Below are positions 48,269-57,359 of a stretch of 64,000 nucleotides of DNA, in pieces; the first letter of the stretch is position 1; every line of letters starts with the position of its first letter. Source of the stretch: Patescibacteria group bacterium (lineage in GTDB: Bacteria; Patescibacteriota; Patescibacteriia; 2-12-FULL-57-11); the NCBI GenBank assembly GCA_004297205.1, contig SCUL01000002.1, positions 722,893 through 786,892 on the forward strand. The letters run 5' to 3'. The notes beneath the pieces were generated by a model. The model had not been told where the DNA came from. It did not search any database and saw only the letters and a list, made by a program, of their open reading frames with translations. Made by a program: the position numbers and the translations under genes.

Positions 48269-50173
48269 ATGGCCTTCCAACCCTTCAAAGCGCTCCGCGG
48301 CAAGCGCGCCCCGATCGATGTCGGCGGCACGCTGGTGACGGACACCGAAGCCAAGAAGAAGATCGCCGTCGAAAGGGAAGCGCTCGAGGAAGAGCGCGTG
48401 TATCGGCGCGGCACCGTCTCCATCAAGGATCTGATCGCTCCGGCGGCGATGAAGGTCGAACCGTCGCACGTGCTGCTCGGCGACATGTACGTGCGCACCA
48501 TCTTCGTCGTGACCTATCCGCGCTACGTTTCCGTGGGGTGGTTCACGCCGATCCTGAATTTGAACCTGATGCTCGACGTGGGCATGTTCTTCTACCCGGT
48601 GAAGGCCCACATCATCCTCAAACAGCTCAAGAACAAGGTCGGTACCATCGAGGCGCAGATCCTTTCGGACGCGGAAAAGGGCGCGCCGCGCGATCCCTTG
48701 CGCGAAACGGCGCTGCGCGACATCGAAAAGCTCCGCGACGACCTGACCCAGGGGATCGAGCATTTCTTCCAATACGCCCTCTACGTCACGATGTACGCCA
48801 AGAGCAAGGAAGAGCTCGACCGTTACACGCAGGATGTGGAGAACATTTTCGGCGGCAAGCTGATCTACAGCAAGAAAGTCTTCTACCAGGCGGAGCAGGG
48901 CTTCAACTCCACGCTCCCGCTCGGCAACGACGAGCTGCAGATCACCTTCAACATGAACAGCTCGCCGATCGCCTCGAGCTTCCCGTTCACCTCGGCCGAC
49001 CTGACGTCGGACAACGGCATTCTCTACGGCATCAACCGCCACAACAATTCACTGATCCTGTTCGACCGTTTCTCGCTGCAGAATGCCAACGCCGTGGTCT
49101 TCGCCACCTCCGGCGCCGGAAAATCGTACGCCGTGAAGCTCGAAGTGCTCCGCTCGCTGATGCTCGGCACCGACGTGCTGATCATCGACCCGGAAATGGA
49201 GTACAAGCATCTCTCGGACGCCGTCGGCGGCGCCTACATCAACATTTCGCTGGCTTCCGATTCCAAGATCAATCCGTTCGAGCTGCCGCGCCCGGTCGGG
49301 GAGCAGGTTTCGGTCGAGGACATCATCCGGAGCGCCGTCATTACATTGAAAGGCCTGATCCGCCTCATGCTCGGCGGCAAAATAACGACGGCCGAAGACT
49401 CGATCATCGACCGCGCGCTTCTTGAAACGTACGCCAAAAAAGACATCGTGCCGGGCGCGGACCTGTCGCGCGTCGAGCCGCCGATCTTCCAGGATTTCCA
49501 GGAAGTACTCCAGGGTATGGAAGGCGCGGGCGACCTGGTGGAGCGGCTCAAGAAATACACGGAAGGCACCTTCGCCGGTCTCATCAACTCGCCGACCACG
49601 GTCGACATCCGGAATTCCCTCGTCATCTTCTCGGTCCGCGACCTGGAAGACGAACTGCGGCCGATGGCCATCTACACCATCGTCAACTTCATCTGGAACG
49701 TGGTGCGCTCCGAGCGCAAGCGGCGCATCCTCGTCATCGACGAAGCCTGGTGGCTCATGCAGCATGAGGATTCGGCCAAGTTCATCTTCGCGCTGGTGAA
49801 GCGCTGCCGCAAATACTACCTGGGCGTCACCACCATCACCCAGGACGTCAACGACTTCCTGACGTCCCCCTACGGCCAGGCCATCGTCACCAACTCCTCG
49901 CTGCAGATGCTTTTGAAGCAGTCGCCGGCCTCGATCGAGCTGATCGCCAAAACCTTCCTGCTGACGCAAGGGGAGAAATATCTGCTGCTCGAGAGCGGGG
50001 TCGGTGAAGGCATTTTCTTCGCCGGACAGAAACACGCCGCCATCAAGATCGTGGCCTCGTACGCCGAAGACCAGGTCATCACCTCCGACCCGCGGCAGCT
50101 GCTCGAAATCGAGCAGGCCAAGAAGGAATTCCAACAGCAGTCCGCCGCCGCGGAAGGCGCTCCCGCCGTATGA
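48269..50173 (+). CDS. virB4: VirB4/TrbE-family type IV secretion ATPase (part 2, ATPase domain)
   Basis: Walker A VVFATSGAGKSYAV and Walker B RRILVIDEAWWLM. 634 aa. Confidence 0.85.
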   Translation: MAFQPFKALRGKRAPIDVGGTLVTDTEAKKKIAVEREALEEERVYRRGTVSIKDLIAPAAMKVEPSHVLLGDMYVRTIFVVTYPRYVSVGWFTPILNLNLMLDVGMFFYPVKAHIILKQLKNKVGTIEAQILSDAEKGAPRDPLRETALRDIEKLRDDLTQGIEHFFQYALYVTMYAKSKEELDRYTQDVENIFGGKLIYSKKVFYQAEQGFNSTLPLGNDELQITFNMNSSPIASSFPFTSADLTSDNGILYGINRHNNSLILFDRFSLQNANAVVFATSGAGKSYAVKLEVLRSLMLGTDVLIIDPEMEYKHLSDAVGGAYINISLASDSKINPFELPRPVGEQVSVEDIIRSAVITLKGLIRLMLGGKITTAEDSIIDRALLETYAKKDIVPGADLSRVEPPIFQDFQEVLQGMEGAGDLVERLKKYTEGTFAGLINSPTTVDIRNSLVIFSVRDLEDELRPMAIYTIVNFIWNVVRSERKRRILVIDEAWWLMQHEDSAKFIFALVKRCRKYYLGVTTITQDVNDFLTSPYGQAIVTNSSLQMLLKQSPASIELIAKTFLLTQGEKYLLLESGVGEGIFFAGQKHAAIKIVASYAEDQVITSDPRQLLEIEQAKKEFQQQSAAAEGAPAV

Positions 50174-50793
50174 CCCGCCGTCAGCGTCTGATCATCATCG
50201 GCGTGCTCGTCAGCCTCGTCGCGCTCGGTATCGCGGCGTTTCTGGTGCTGCGTCCCGCGCCTGCCGTGAACACGCCGGCCGAGCAGCCGGAAACGCCGGG
50301 CCTGCCGCTCGCGCCTTCCACGAACCAGCCCGTCAACGCGCCGGCTTCACCCGCGACGTCGACCCCTGCTCCGACGCCGACCTTCAGCCGCGCCTCGGCC
50401 CGGGAAATCCTCGAACAGCAACTGAAAACGAGCGGCGCGCAGTTCGCCGAACGCTTCGGCACCTACTCCAACCAAGGCGATTTTCAGAACCTGATCGACC
50501 TGTTTCCGCTCATGACGGAGCGCATGCAGCAGCAGACCCAGCGCACCATCGACGCCGCCAGCGCCGCAACATCGACCCCGAGCACGTACGTCGGCGTCAC
50601 GACGCGTCCGGTGACGACGACGGTCGTTTCCGTGGATGAGACAGGCGGCCGCGCCACGATCCGGGTCTCCGCCCAGCGAGCCACCCAGACCGGCGACGCC
50701 CAGCCCGTGACGCGCTACGAAACCCTGACCATCGAGTTCCGGAACCAGCAGAACGTATGGAAGGTCGACAGCGCCCGGTGGTCGACGCCCTGA
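50170..50793 (+). CDS. hypothetical membrane-anchored protein
   Basis: N-terminal TM (LIIIGVLVSLVALGIAAFLVL), a Pro/Thr-rich linker and a C-terminal globular domain. ATGA overlap with the VirB4 stop. Confidence 0.4.
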   Translation: MTRRQRLIIIGVLVSLVALGIAAFLVLRPAPAVNTPAEQPETPGLPLAPSTNQPVNAPASPATSTPAPTPTFSRASAREILEQQLKTSGAQFAERFGTYSNQGDFQNLIDLFPLMTERMQQQTQRTIDAASAATSTPSTYVGVTTRPVTTTVVSVDETGGRATIRVSAQRATQTGDAQPVTRYETLTIEFRNQQNVWKVDSARWSTP

Positions 50794-51419
50794 GGCGGCC
50801 GGTCCGGTGGTTGCTCGACGCCCTCTTTCCCGACGCCTGCGCCGGCTGCGGAGCCGAGCGGACGATCGTCTGCGACGCTTGCTGGGCCGCCATGCCGTTC
50901 ATGAGCGAACCGCAGCGGCTCGCCGAGCTCGACGTCTGGAGCGTGACTCGTTTCCAGGCACCGGTGGTCCGCGGCGTGGTCCATGCGCTCAAATACGGAC
51001 GACGTCCCGAGGCGGCGGCGCGCATCGCGGAAGCGCTGGCACGGCATCCGGCCGCGGACCTGCTGCGTGCGACACCCTGGCGCATCGTCCCCGTTCCGAT
51101 GCATGCGGCGCGCGAACGGCGGCGCGGCGCCAACCAGGCCCGCACCCTGGCGTGGCTGCTGGCAGAGGCCGGGTGCGGGACGGTCGACGATGTGCTGTTG
51201 CGCGTGCGGCGCACCGGGACGCAGACCGCGCTAGACCGCGCGCAGCGCGAGCGCAACGTCAAAGATGCCTTCCGTAGCCGCACTTTCGCGGATCCGCAGG
51301 CGGCATATCTGCTCGTCGACGACGTGGTGACGACCGGCGCGACCCTCACATCCGCAGCCCGCGCGCTCACGGATGCGGGCGCCACGCGGGTCGCGGCCTG
51401 GACGTTCGCCGCGGATTGA
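50757..51419 (+). CDS. comF: ComF-family protein (competence, phosphoribosyltransferase domain)
   Basis: N-terminal CxxC...CxxC zinc finger (CAGCG...CDAC). PRTase motif LLVDDVVTTGATL. Start at ATG 50757 or GTG 50778, overlapping the upstream gene. Confidence 0.75.
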   Translation: MEGRQRPVVDALRRPVRWLLDALFPDACAGCGAERTIVCDACWAAMPFMSEPQRLAELDVWSVTRFQAPVVRGVVHALKYGRRPEAAARIAEALARHPAADLLRATPWRIVPVPMHAARERRRGANQARTLAWLLAEAGCGTVDDVLLRVRRTGTQTALDRAQRERNVKDAFRSRTFADPQAAYLLVDDVVTTGATLTSAARALTDAGATRVAAWTFAAD

Positions 51420-51454
51420 CACCCTTCTTCCGTGCCGCTACAGTGGCACCGCCT

Positions 51455-51548
51455 GGAGAGGTACCCAAGTGGTTGAAGGGGGGAGATTGCTAATCTCCTA
51501 GGTCGGGGTCTTCCCGGCGCGAGGGTTCGAATCCCTCCCTCTCCGCCA
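51455..51548 (+). tRNA. tRNA-Ser(GCT), type II, CCA encoded
   Basis: Acceptor GGAGAGG/CCTCTCC, anticodon stem GGAGA/TCTCC, loop TTGCTAA (anticodon GCT), long variable arm, T-arm GAGGG-TTCGAAT-CCCTC. Confidence 0.85.
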
Positions 51549-51549
51549 C

Positions 51550-51639
51550 GGAGAGGTGCCCGAGTGGTTGAAGGGAACGGTCTTGAAAACCGTAAGGCCA
51601 GCAATGGCCTCGTGGGTTCGAATCCTACCCTCTCCGCCA
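51550..51639 (+). tRNA. tRNA-Ser(TGA), type II, CCA encoded
   Basis: Acceptor GGAGAGG/CCTCTCC, anticodon stem ACGGT/ACCGT, loop CTTGAAA (anticodon TGA), variable arm GGCCAGCAATGGCC. Separated from the previous tRNA by 1 nt. Confidence 0.85.
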
Positions 51640-51655
51640 AAGGTAATTCCATTCT

Positions 51656-52159
51656 ATGGAGGACACGCAGAACACGTTCCGCGGCCCGCACGGCGAGGTG
51701 CATTTCGCCTGGATGGTCGACGAGTATCCCGTCTACCGTCGCGGCTGGGCCTGGTACCTTGTCGCCGACATCATCGGCGCGGGCATGGTGCTGTACGCGT
51801 TGGTGACGCTGAACTTCCTGTTCGCGCTCATCGTCGTCATCTTCGGCATCGTGCTGACGCTGTCCGCCGCGCGCCGTCCGGTGCGGCTCCGGTTCGCGGT
51901 CACGGAGGACGGCCTTGAAATGGGACACCGGTTCGTTCCTTGGAAGGACCTGTCGCGGTTCTCCGTGGTGTACGATCCGCCGGCCGTGAAGACGTTGTAC
52001 TTCGACTTCAAGAGCGCGATGGTGCCAGATTTGGCCGTGCCGCTCGAACAGATGAATCCGAACGTCGTGCGCAAAGCGTTGCTCACCTACATCGACGAAG
52101 ACCTGACGCGCGACTCCGAGCCAGTCACCGACTACCTGGCACGCGTGCTGAAGTTTTAA
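51656..52159 (+). CDS. hypothetical membrane protein
   Basis: 167 aa with two TM helices. No family. Confidence 0.4.
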   Translation: MEDTQNTFRGPHGEVHFAWMVDEYPVYRRGWAWYLVADIIGAGMVLYALVTLNFLFALIVVIFGIVLTLSAARRPVRLRFAVTEDGLEMGHRFVPWKDLSRFSVVYDPPAVKTLYFDFKSAMVPDLAVPLEQMNPNVVRKALLTYIDEDLTRDSEPVTDYLARVLKF

Positions 52160-52170
52160 GAAGAAGGAAC

Positions 52171-52247
52171 GCAGCCATAGCTCAGCTGGATAGAGCGTCA
52201 GCTTGCGGAGCTGAAGGTCGTTGGTTCGACTCCAACTGGCTGCACCA
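52171..52247 (+). tRNA. tRNA-Arg(GCG), CCA encoded
   Basis: Acceptor GCAGCCA/TGGCTGC, D-arm GCTC..GAGC, anticodon stem TCAGC/GCTGA, loop TTGCGGA (anticodon GCG), T-arm GTTGG-TTCGACT-CCAAC. Confidence 0.75.
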
Positions 52248-52251
52248 GAAA

Positions 52252-52283
52252 AAGCGTCCCGTCTCCGGGGCGCTTTTTCTTTG
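52252..52283 (+). terminator. terminator after tRNA-Arg
   Basis: AGCGTCCCG-TCTC-CGGGGCGCT followed by TTTTCTTTG. Confidence 0.6.
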
Positions 52284-52284
52284 C

Positions 52285-52325
52285 ATAAAAAAAGAGGCCT
52301 CGGTCCGCGCACGGGCGAACCGAGG
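52285..52325 (-). terminator. terminator of the convergent minus-strand gene
   Basis: On the minus strand, a CCTCGGT...ACCGAGG hairpin is followed by CTTTTTTT. Confidence 0.5.
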
Positions 52326-52331
52326 GTGCCG

Positions 52332-53267
52332 CTAGAAGCGGCCGGAGAGCGAGAGCGAGGCGCGGTCGGGGCCGAGGGAGGGCGTGATGCTCACCGCCGG
52401 ATGTTCCGTGCCGGGCTCCAACAGCAGGAACGCCGTGCCGAGGCCGGCGAAGGCGGCCGCTGCGCCCAGGAAGACGAACTGCAGGACTTCGAGGGTCGCG
52501 GCTTCGTCGCAGAGCGACCGGACCGCGGCTTCGTCGTACGTCCAGCCGTTCCCTTCACCCGCCTCCGTGCAGATGTTGGTCGTTCCCGGCGGGACGCGCT
52601 CCCGGTACGTGGCGTACGCCGGATCGTGCTGGATGTCGTTGATGCGGACGGCCGAAGCGACCGTGGCGACGAGCCAGGCTGCTCCGATCGCGAACGAGCC
52701 GATCCCCAGTCCGATGTACAGGCCGCGGTCGGGCGCGGCGTGCACGACCGGCTGCTGCGCTTCGGCAGCGGGCCGCGGCATGCGGGTCCGGATGTCCAGG
52801 TCCTCTGCCCCGAGCAGCGTCTGGAGCCGGGCGGTGAGCTCGGCCTCGCTGCCGTCAGTTCGGATGGACCGGTAGGCGCTCCCCGCGTATCTGCCCGCAG
52901 CCACGTCGTAATGCTGCAGGGCGATGGTGAACGGGTTGGACTCGACCGCATTGTGCTCCCGGAGCGTTCCGAACACGATGTGGCCGACGCCGGTCGCCTG
53001 GGCGATGCGCGGCAGGCACTCGCGGTCCGACTGCTGCTCGTCGCATCCGTGCGCGACGCGCGCCGCGGGGAACGTCAACCGCGCCGGGTTGACCTCCCAT
53101 CCCTGCACGGCCGCGATCTCCGCCCGCAGCCGCTCGGTCAGGAGCGCCGCCGTGTCGCGGTGCGCCTCGCTCGACGCCAGCTCGAGCACGAGTACCGATT
53201 CCTGCGCCAGCGCGGCGCCGGGGAACGCGGCGAGGGCCGCGAGAAGGACGGAAAAGAACACTCTCAT
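52332..53267 (-). CDS. hypothetical secreted protein
   Basis: Signal peptide MRVFFSVLLAALAAFPGAALAQE and a C-terminal hydrophobic segment. 311 aa. Confidence 0.45.
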   Translation of the reverse strand: MRVFFSVLLAALAAFPGAALAQESVLVLELASSEAHRDTAALLTERLRAEIAAVQGWEVNPARLTFPAARVAHGCDEQQSDRECLPRIAQATGVGHIVFGTLREHNAVESNPFTIALQHYDVAAGRYAGSAYRSIRTDGSEAELTARLQTLLGAEDLDIRTRMPRPAAEAQQPVVHAAPDRGLYIGLGIGSFAIGAAWLVATVASAVRINDIQHDPAYATYRERVPPGTTNICTEAGEGNGWTYDEAAVRSLCDEAATLEVLQFVFLGAAAAFAGLGTAFLLLEPGTEHPAVSITPSLGPDRASLSLSGRF

Positions 53268-53354
53268 GTGACTTCCTCCGCAGGCACCCTAGTCAAAAAA
53301 TGGCCGAATGTCAAGGATCTTCCCTTGATTCGTACCGGCCGTTACAATCCGCCC

Positions 53355-55397
53355 ATGCCGCTTGAGACGCCCATCATTGCCGCCGTCCCGCTGTTGAAGC
53401 GCCACGCCAAAGCGTTCGAGGCGCTGGGGCTTGCCACGCTCGGAGACATGCTCGGCCACTACCCGTTCCGCTACGAGGACTACTCGCGGACGGTGCCGTT
53501 GTCCTCCGTCGTGCCGGGGGAGGACGTCACGGTGCGGGTCCGGCTGGAGCAGATCCGCAACCGCCGGAGTTTCTTCGGTCCGCGTCGGATCATCACCGAG
53601 GGGCTCGTTGCCGACGGGAGCGGCAAGGCACGGGTCCTGTGGTTCGGCCAGTTTTATCTGACGAAGACGCATCTCCCGGGCAGCGAGGTGTTTCTGGCCG
53701 GCCGGGCGCGACGCACTGCAGCGGGGCTCCAGTTCATCTCGCCGACCATCGAAGCCGTGCGCGCCGAGCAGATGCACACCGGGCGCATCGTGCCGGTCTA
53801 CCCGACCTCCGGCACGCTGTCCGTGAAACATTTGCGTCTGGCAGCCAAGGCGGCGCTCCCTGCCTGCGAGGAGCTGCGTGAGTGGCTGCCGACGGGCGTC
53901 CGGCATCGCCTGCATCTGACCGACCTGCGGCGCGCGACGCGCGCCGCGCATTTCCCGCCGGACCAGCCGACGCTCGACGCCGCGCAGGAGCGCATTGCCG
54001 CGGGGGAGTTGTTCCTGCGGGTGCTTGTCGCCGAACGGGCGCGGGCAGAACTGGCGCAAACCCGTGCCGTGCCGGTGCCGTTTCCGGAAGCCGTGATCAA
54101 AGCGTTCGTAGCCGGTCTGCCGTTTGCGATCACCGACGGCCAACGCCGTGCCGCGTGGGACGCGCTTCGGGATATGGCGAAGGAGCGCCCGATGCACCGG
54201 CTTTTGAACGGCGATGTCGGTTCCGGAAAAACCGCGGTCGCCGCCATCGCCGCCCGGGCCGTGGCCGCGTCCGGCGGCCAGACCGCCGTGCTCGTGCCGA
54301 CCGAGGTCCTGGCTGTGCAGCACGGGCGCACGTTTTCCGCATGGTTCGCTCCGGCGGGGGTCTCCGTGATGACGCTTACCGCCGGGATGCGCGCGGCGGA
54401 AAAAGAAGCGGCGAAGTCCGCCATCGCTTCCGGCGCCGCGCAAGTGGTGATCGGCACGCAGGCGTTGCTCGAAGACGCCGTGGCCTTCCGTGACCTGCGC
54501 CTGGCCGTGGTCGACGAACAGCATCGCTTCGGCGTGCGCCAGCGCCAGGCGCTGCACCGCAAGCGCGCGGACGGTGCCCTGCCGCACCTGCTCTCGCTTA
54601 CCGCAACGCCCATTCCGCGGACGCTGTCGCTCGCCGTGTTCGGCGACCTCGACGTGTCCGTCATTCCGACCCGTCCCGCCGGGCGCACAGCGATCGCGAC
54701 CGAGATTGTCGGTGCGGGAACGGCACCGGCCGATCGGGGTATTGCCGCCGCCATTGCCGCAGGGGAGCAGGTCTTCGTCATTTGCCCGGCCATCGACGAG
54801 CGGCCGGAAAGCGGCCGCGAGGCGGTCGTTGCCGAACATCGCCGTTTGCAAAAACTCCTTCCGGACGCCCACGTCGCACTGATGCACGGCAAACTCACGT
54901 CCGCCCGGAAACGAGAGATCATGGAGCGGTTCGCTTCCGGCGCGCCGGGCGTCCTGGTGTCGACGACGGTCATCGAAGTCGGTATCGATCTGCCGCGCGC
55001 GACCCTCATGGTGGTCCGCTCCGCCGAACGCTTCGGCCTGGCCCAGCTCCACCAGCTTCGCGGCCGGGTCGGACGCGGCGTGCTGCCGGGCCGCTGTTTG
55101 CTCCTCACCGAATCCGAGGCGCCCGCGGCCATGGCCAGGTTGAACGCACTGGTCTCATCCGCGGATGGCTTCGCCTTGGCGGAAGAGGACCTTCGTTTGC
55201 GGGGACCGGGGGATCTGCTCGGCACCATGCAGTCCGGCATGCAGGCGGCCTGGCAACCCGCCCTGCTGGACCCGAAAAAGATCGCCGTTCTTCAAGAAGA
55301 GTCCCGGGCGCTGCTCGCCGAGGACCCCGAGTTTGCCGCGCATGAGGAGCTCGCGGCCGTGTTTTCCCGCTTCGAGCGGACCATCCACCGCGAATAG
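53355..55397 (+). CDS. recG: ATP-dependent DNA helicase RecG
   Basis: Wedge-domain N-terminus, Walker A GDVGSGKT, a DEQH box, and helicase C motifs. Start set at ATG 53355 (MPLETPII); the ORF-track extension to 52221 overlaps other genes. Confidence 0.9.
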   Translation: MPLETPIIAAVPLLKRHAKAFEALGLATLGDMLGHYPFRYEDYSRTVPLSSVVPGEDVTVRVRLEQIRNRRSFFGPRRIITEGLVADGSGKARVLWFGQFYLTKTHLPGSEVFLAGRARRTAAGLQFISPTIEAVRAEQMHTGRIVPVYPTSGTLSVKHLRLAAKAALPACEELREWLPTGVRHRLHLTDLRRATRAAHFPPDQPTLDAAQERIAAGELFLRVLVAERARAELAQTRAVPVPFPEAVIKAFVAGLPFAITDGQRRAAWDALRDMAKERPMHRLLNGDVGSGKTAVAAIAARAVAASGGQTAVLVPTEVLAVQHGRTFSAWFAPAGVSVMTLTAGMRAAEKEAAKSAIASGAAQVVIGTQALLEDAVAFRDLRLAVVDEQHRFGVRQRQALHRKRADGALPHLLSLTATPIPRTLSLAVFGDLDVSVIPTRPAGRTAIATEIVGAGTAPADRGIAAAIAAGEQVFVICPAIDERPESGREAVVAEHRRLQKLLPDAHVALMHGKLTSARKREIMERFASGAPGVLVSTTVIEVGIDLPRATLMVVRSAERFGLAQLHQLRGRVGRGVLPGRCLLLTESEAPAAMARLNALVSSADGFALAEEDLRLRGPGDLLGTMQSGMQAAWQPALLDPKKIAVLQEESRALLAEDPEFAAHEELAAVFSRFERTIHRE

Positions 55398-55473
55398 GCT
55401 TGACGGCAGCCATTTTTTCCTATAAGGTCCTGGCCTCCTTGCCGGGCTCGCCGTCAGGAGAGAAGGAGAATTC

Positions 55474-55971
55474 GTGAGGAACGGACGAATGCAGCCGATC
55501 GCCTGCGCACAATGCGCCGGCGTGGAACGCGAAGACCCGGACGAGGAGATGATTCTCCTGCTGCATCCGGTGCACGGCCTGATTTGGGCCGTGCACGGTG
55601 GCAGCTGCGCGCGGGACTTCTTCCGCATTCAGCGGGGACGGCTGACGCCGATGCTCGAGAAGATGCAGGCCTACGACGCTGCGACCTGGATCAAGCTCCA
55701 GGTCCGCATCGGGTCCGCGGCTTGGTTCGACCCGGCAACGGTCAATCCGCACCGCTTCGTGTGCGCGGTCCAGGACGCGCTCCAGACGCTCGGGCTCACC
55801 CCGATGCGAGCGGCCTGCAACGCAGCGGACGTGAGCAGCGATACGTGCTTCCTCTGGTACGAGGATCTGGCCGACGTGCTGCGGGCGTTCAACATGACGC
55901 CGCCGGAGCCGGTAAGCGATCCTGTCGGTCCGCAGCTGCGGCTCATCTCGAGCACGCCGCCGCCGGCCTGA
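55474..55971 (+). CDS. hypothetical protein
   Basis: GTG start with an AAGGAGA RBS. 165 aa. No family. Confidence 0.4.
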   Translation: MRNGRMQPIACAQCAGVEREDPDEEMILLLHPVHGLIWAVHGGSCARDFFRIQRGRLTPMLEKMQAYDAATWIKLQVRIGSAAWFDPATVNPHRFVCAVQDALQTLGLTPMRAACNAADVSSDTCFLWYEDLADVLRAFNMTPPEPVSDPVGPQLRLISSTPPPA

Positions 55972-55981
55972 TCCGCGCGTC

Positions 55982-57343
55982 TCACGACGCCGCGGAACGC
56001 TGCTCACGCGGCGTTTCTTTTTTTACCTGAAGGAGGGAAAGGGCGGCGCGCACGTCGGACACGGCCCTGAGCTGCGCGTGTTTTCCGGTCGGCCCGATCA
56101 GTTCCTTGGTGCCGAGACGGACGGCATCGCTGATGCGGGTTTGCGCGTCGGGCGCGGCACGGACTTCGCCGGTGAGCCCCAGTTCCCCGAATACCGCGCT
56201 TTTGGCGGGCAGGGGAGCACCGGAGAGCGCCGAGGCTACGGCCAGGACGACGGCGAGGTCCGCGGCGGGTTCGTCGAGGGTGATACCGCCGGCCACGCTC
56301 ACATAGACGTCGTGGTTGGCGAGCGACACGCCGCCGCGGCGTTCCAGGACGGCCAGCAAAACGTTCAGCCGATTGGTGTCGAAACCGGTGGCACGCCGTA
56401 CCGGGTAGCCGAAGACCGTTTTGTTGGTGAGCGCCTGGACTTCGACGAGCAGCGTCCGGCTGCCTTCGCGGATGACGGCAACCGCGGTGCCGGGGAGGGG
56501 AACGGCCCGCTCGGAAAAGAGTGCGGCCTGCGCGGCCGAGGCGTCCGTCAGCCCTTTTTCCGTCATTTCCAGAAGGCCGACTTCCCGGCTTGAACCGAAG
56601 CGGTTTTTGGTCGCGCGCAAGATACGCACCGGCCGCGACTCGTCGCCTTCGAGCGACAGGACGACGTCGACGAGGTGTTCGAGCGTCTTGGGACCGGCCA
56701 CGCCGCCGTCTTTCGTCACTTGGCCGATCACGACCGTGGTGATGCCGTCTTTCTTGGCGACGCCGGCCAGTGTCGCGATGGCCGCGCGCATTTCGCCGAT
56801 GCCACCGGACTCGGATCCGGAAGCGGCCGCGCGCAGCGTTTGCACTGAGTCGACGATCAGGAGCGCCGGCCGGGCGGCGCGCGCCGCGGCGACCACGGCG
56901 TCGGCATCCGTATCGCTTGAAAACGAGAGCTGCGCGCCGGCGCAACCCAGCCGGCGCATGCGCAGGGCAATCTGTTCGGGTGATTCTTCGCCGCAGACGT
57001 AAAGCACGGGACCGCCGATGCGTTCGGCAAGGGAGAGGATGAGCGTCGATTTGCCGACGCCCGGTTCGCCGGCCAGCAGGATGAGCGAGCCGGGAACAAA
57101 GCCGCCGCCCAAAACGCGGTCGACCTCCGCCGAGCCGGTCGTGGTGCGCGCAGGCAGGGCGTCGCGCACATCGGCGGCGCGGACGGTCTTGGCGGGCGCG
57201 ACGGCCGCCGCCTGCGTTGCGGGCGCGCTGCCGCCCTCGATTTCAAGGACCGTGCCCCAGCGACCGCAGTCAAAACAACGCCCGCTCCACTTGGGAAACT
57301 GGGCGTCGCAATTCGAGCAACGGTACAGAGGGCCGCTCTTCAT
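55982..57343 (-). CDS. radA: DNA repair protein RadA/Sms
   Basis: N-terminal zinc finger CSNCDAQFPKWSGRCFDCGRWGT, Walker A GEPGVGKST, the KNRFG motif, and a Lon-like C-terminal domain. Confidence 0.9.
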   Translation of the reverse strand: MKSGPLYRCSNCDAQFPKWSGRCFDCGRWGTVLEIEGGSAPATQAAAVAPAKTVRAADVRDALPARTTTGSAEVDRVLGGGFVPGSLILLAGEPGVGKSTLILSLAERIGGPVLYVCGEESPEQIALRMRRLGCAGAQLSFSSDTDADAVVAAARAARPALLIVDSVQTLRAAASGSESGGIGEMRAAIATLAGVAKKDGITTVVIGQVTKDGGVAGPKTLEHLVDVVLSLEGDESRPVRILRATKNRFGSSREVGLLEMTEKGLTDASAAQAALFSERAVPLPGTAVAVIREGSRTLLVEVQALTNKTVFGYPVRRATGFDTNRLNVLLAVLERRGGVSLANHDVYVSVAGGITLDEPAADLAVVLAVASALSGAPLPAKSAVFGELGLTGEVRAAPDAQTRISDAVRLGTKELIGPTGKHAQLRAVSDVRAALSLLQVKKETPREQRSAAS

Positions 57344-57359
57344 GCCCTGAGCCTATCAC

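Noticed and set aside
52221-53354. Upstream extension of recG to 1058 aa
   Set aside because: The extension overlaps tRNA-Arg, terminators and a convergent secreted-protein gene. The RecG wedge domain begins at MPLETPII (53355).
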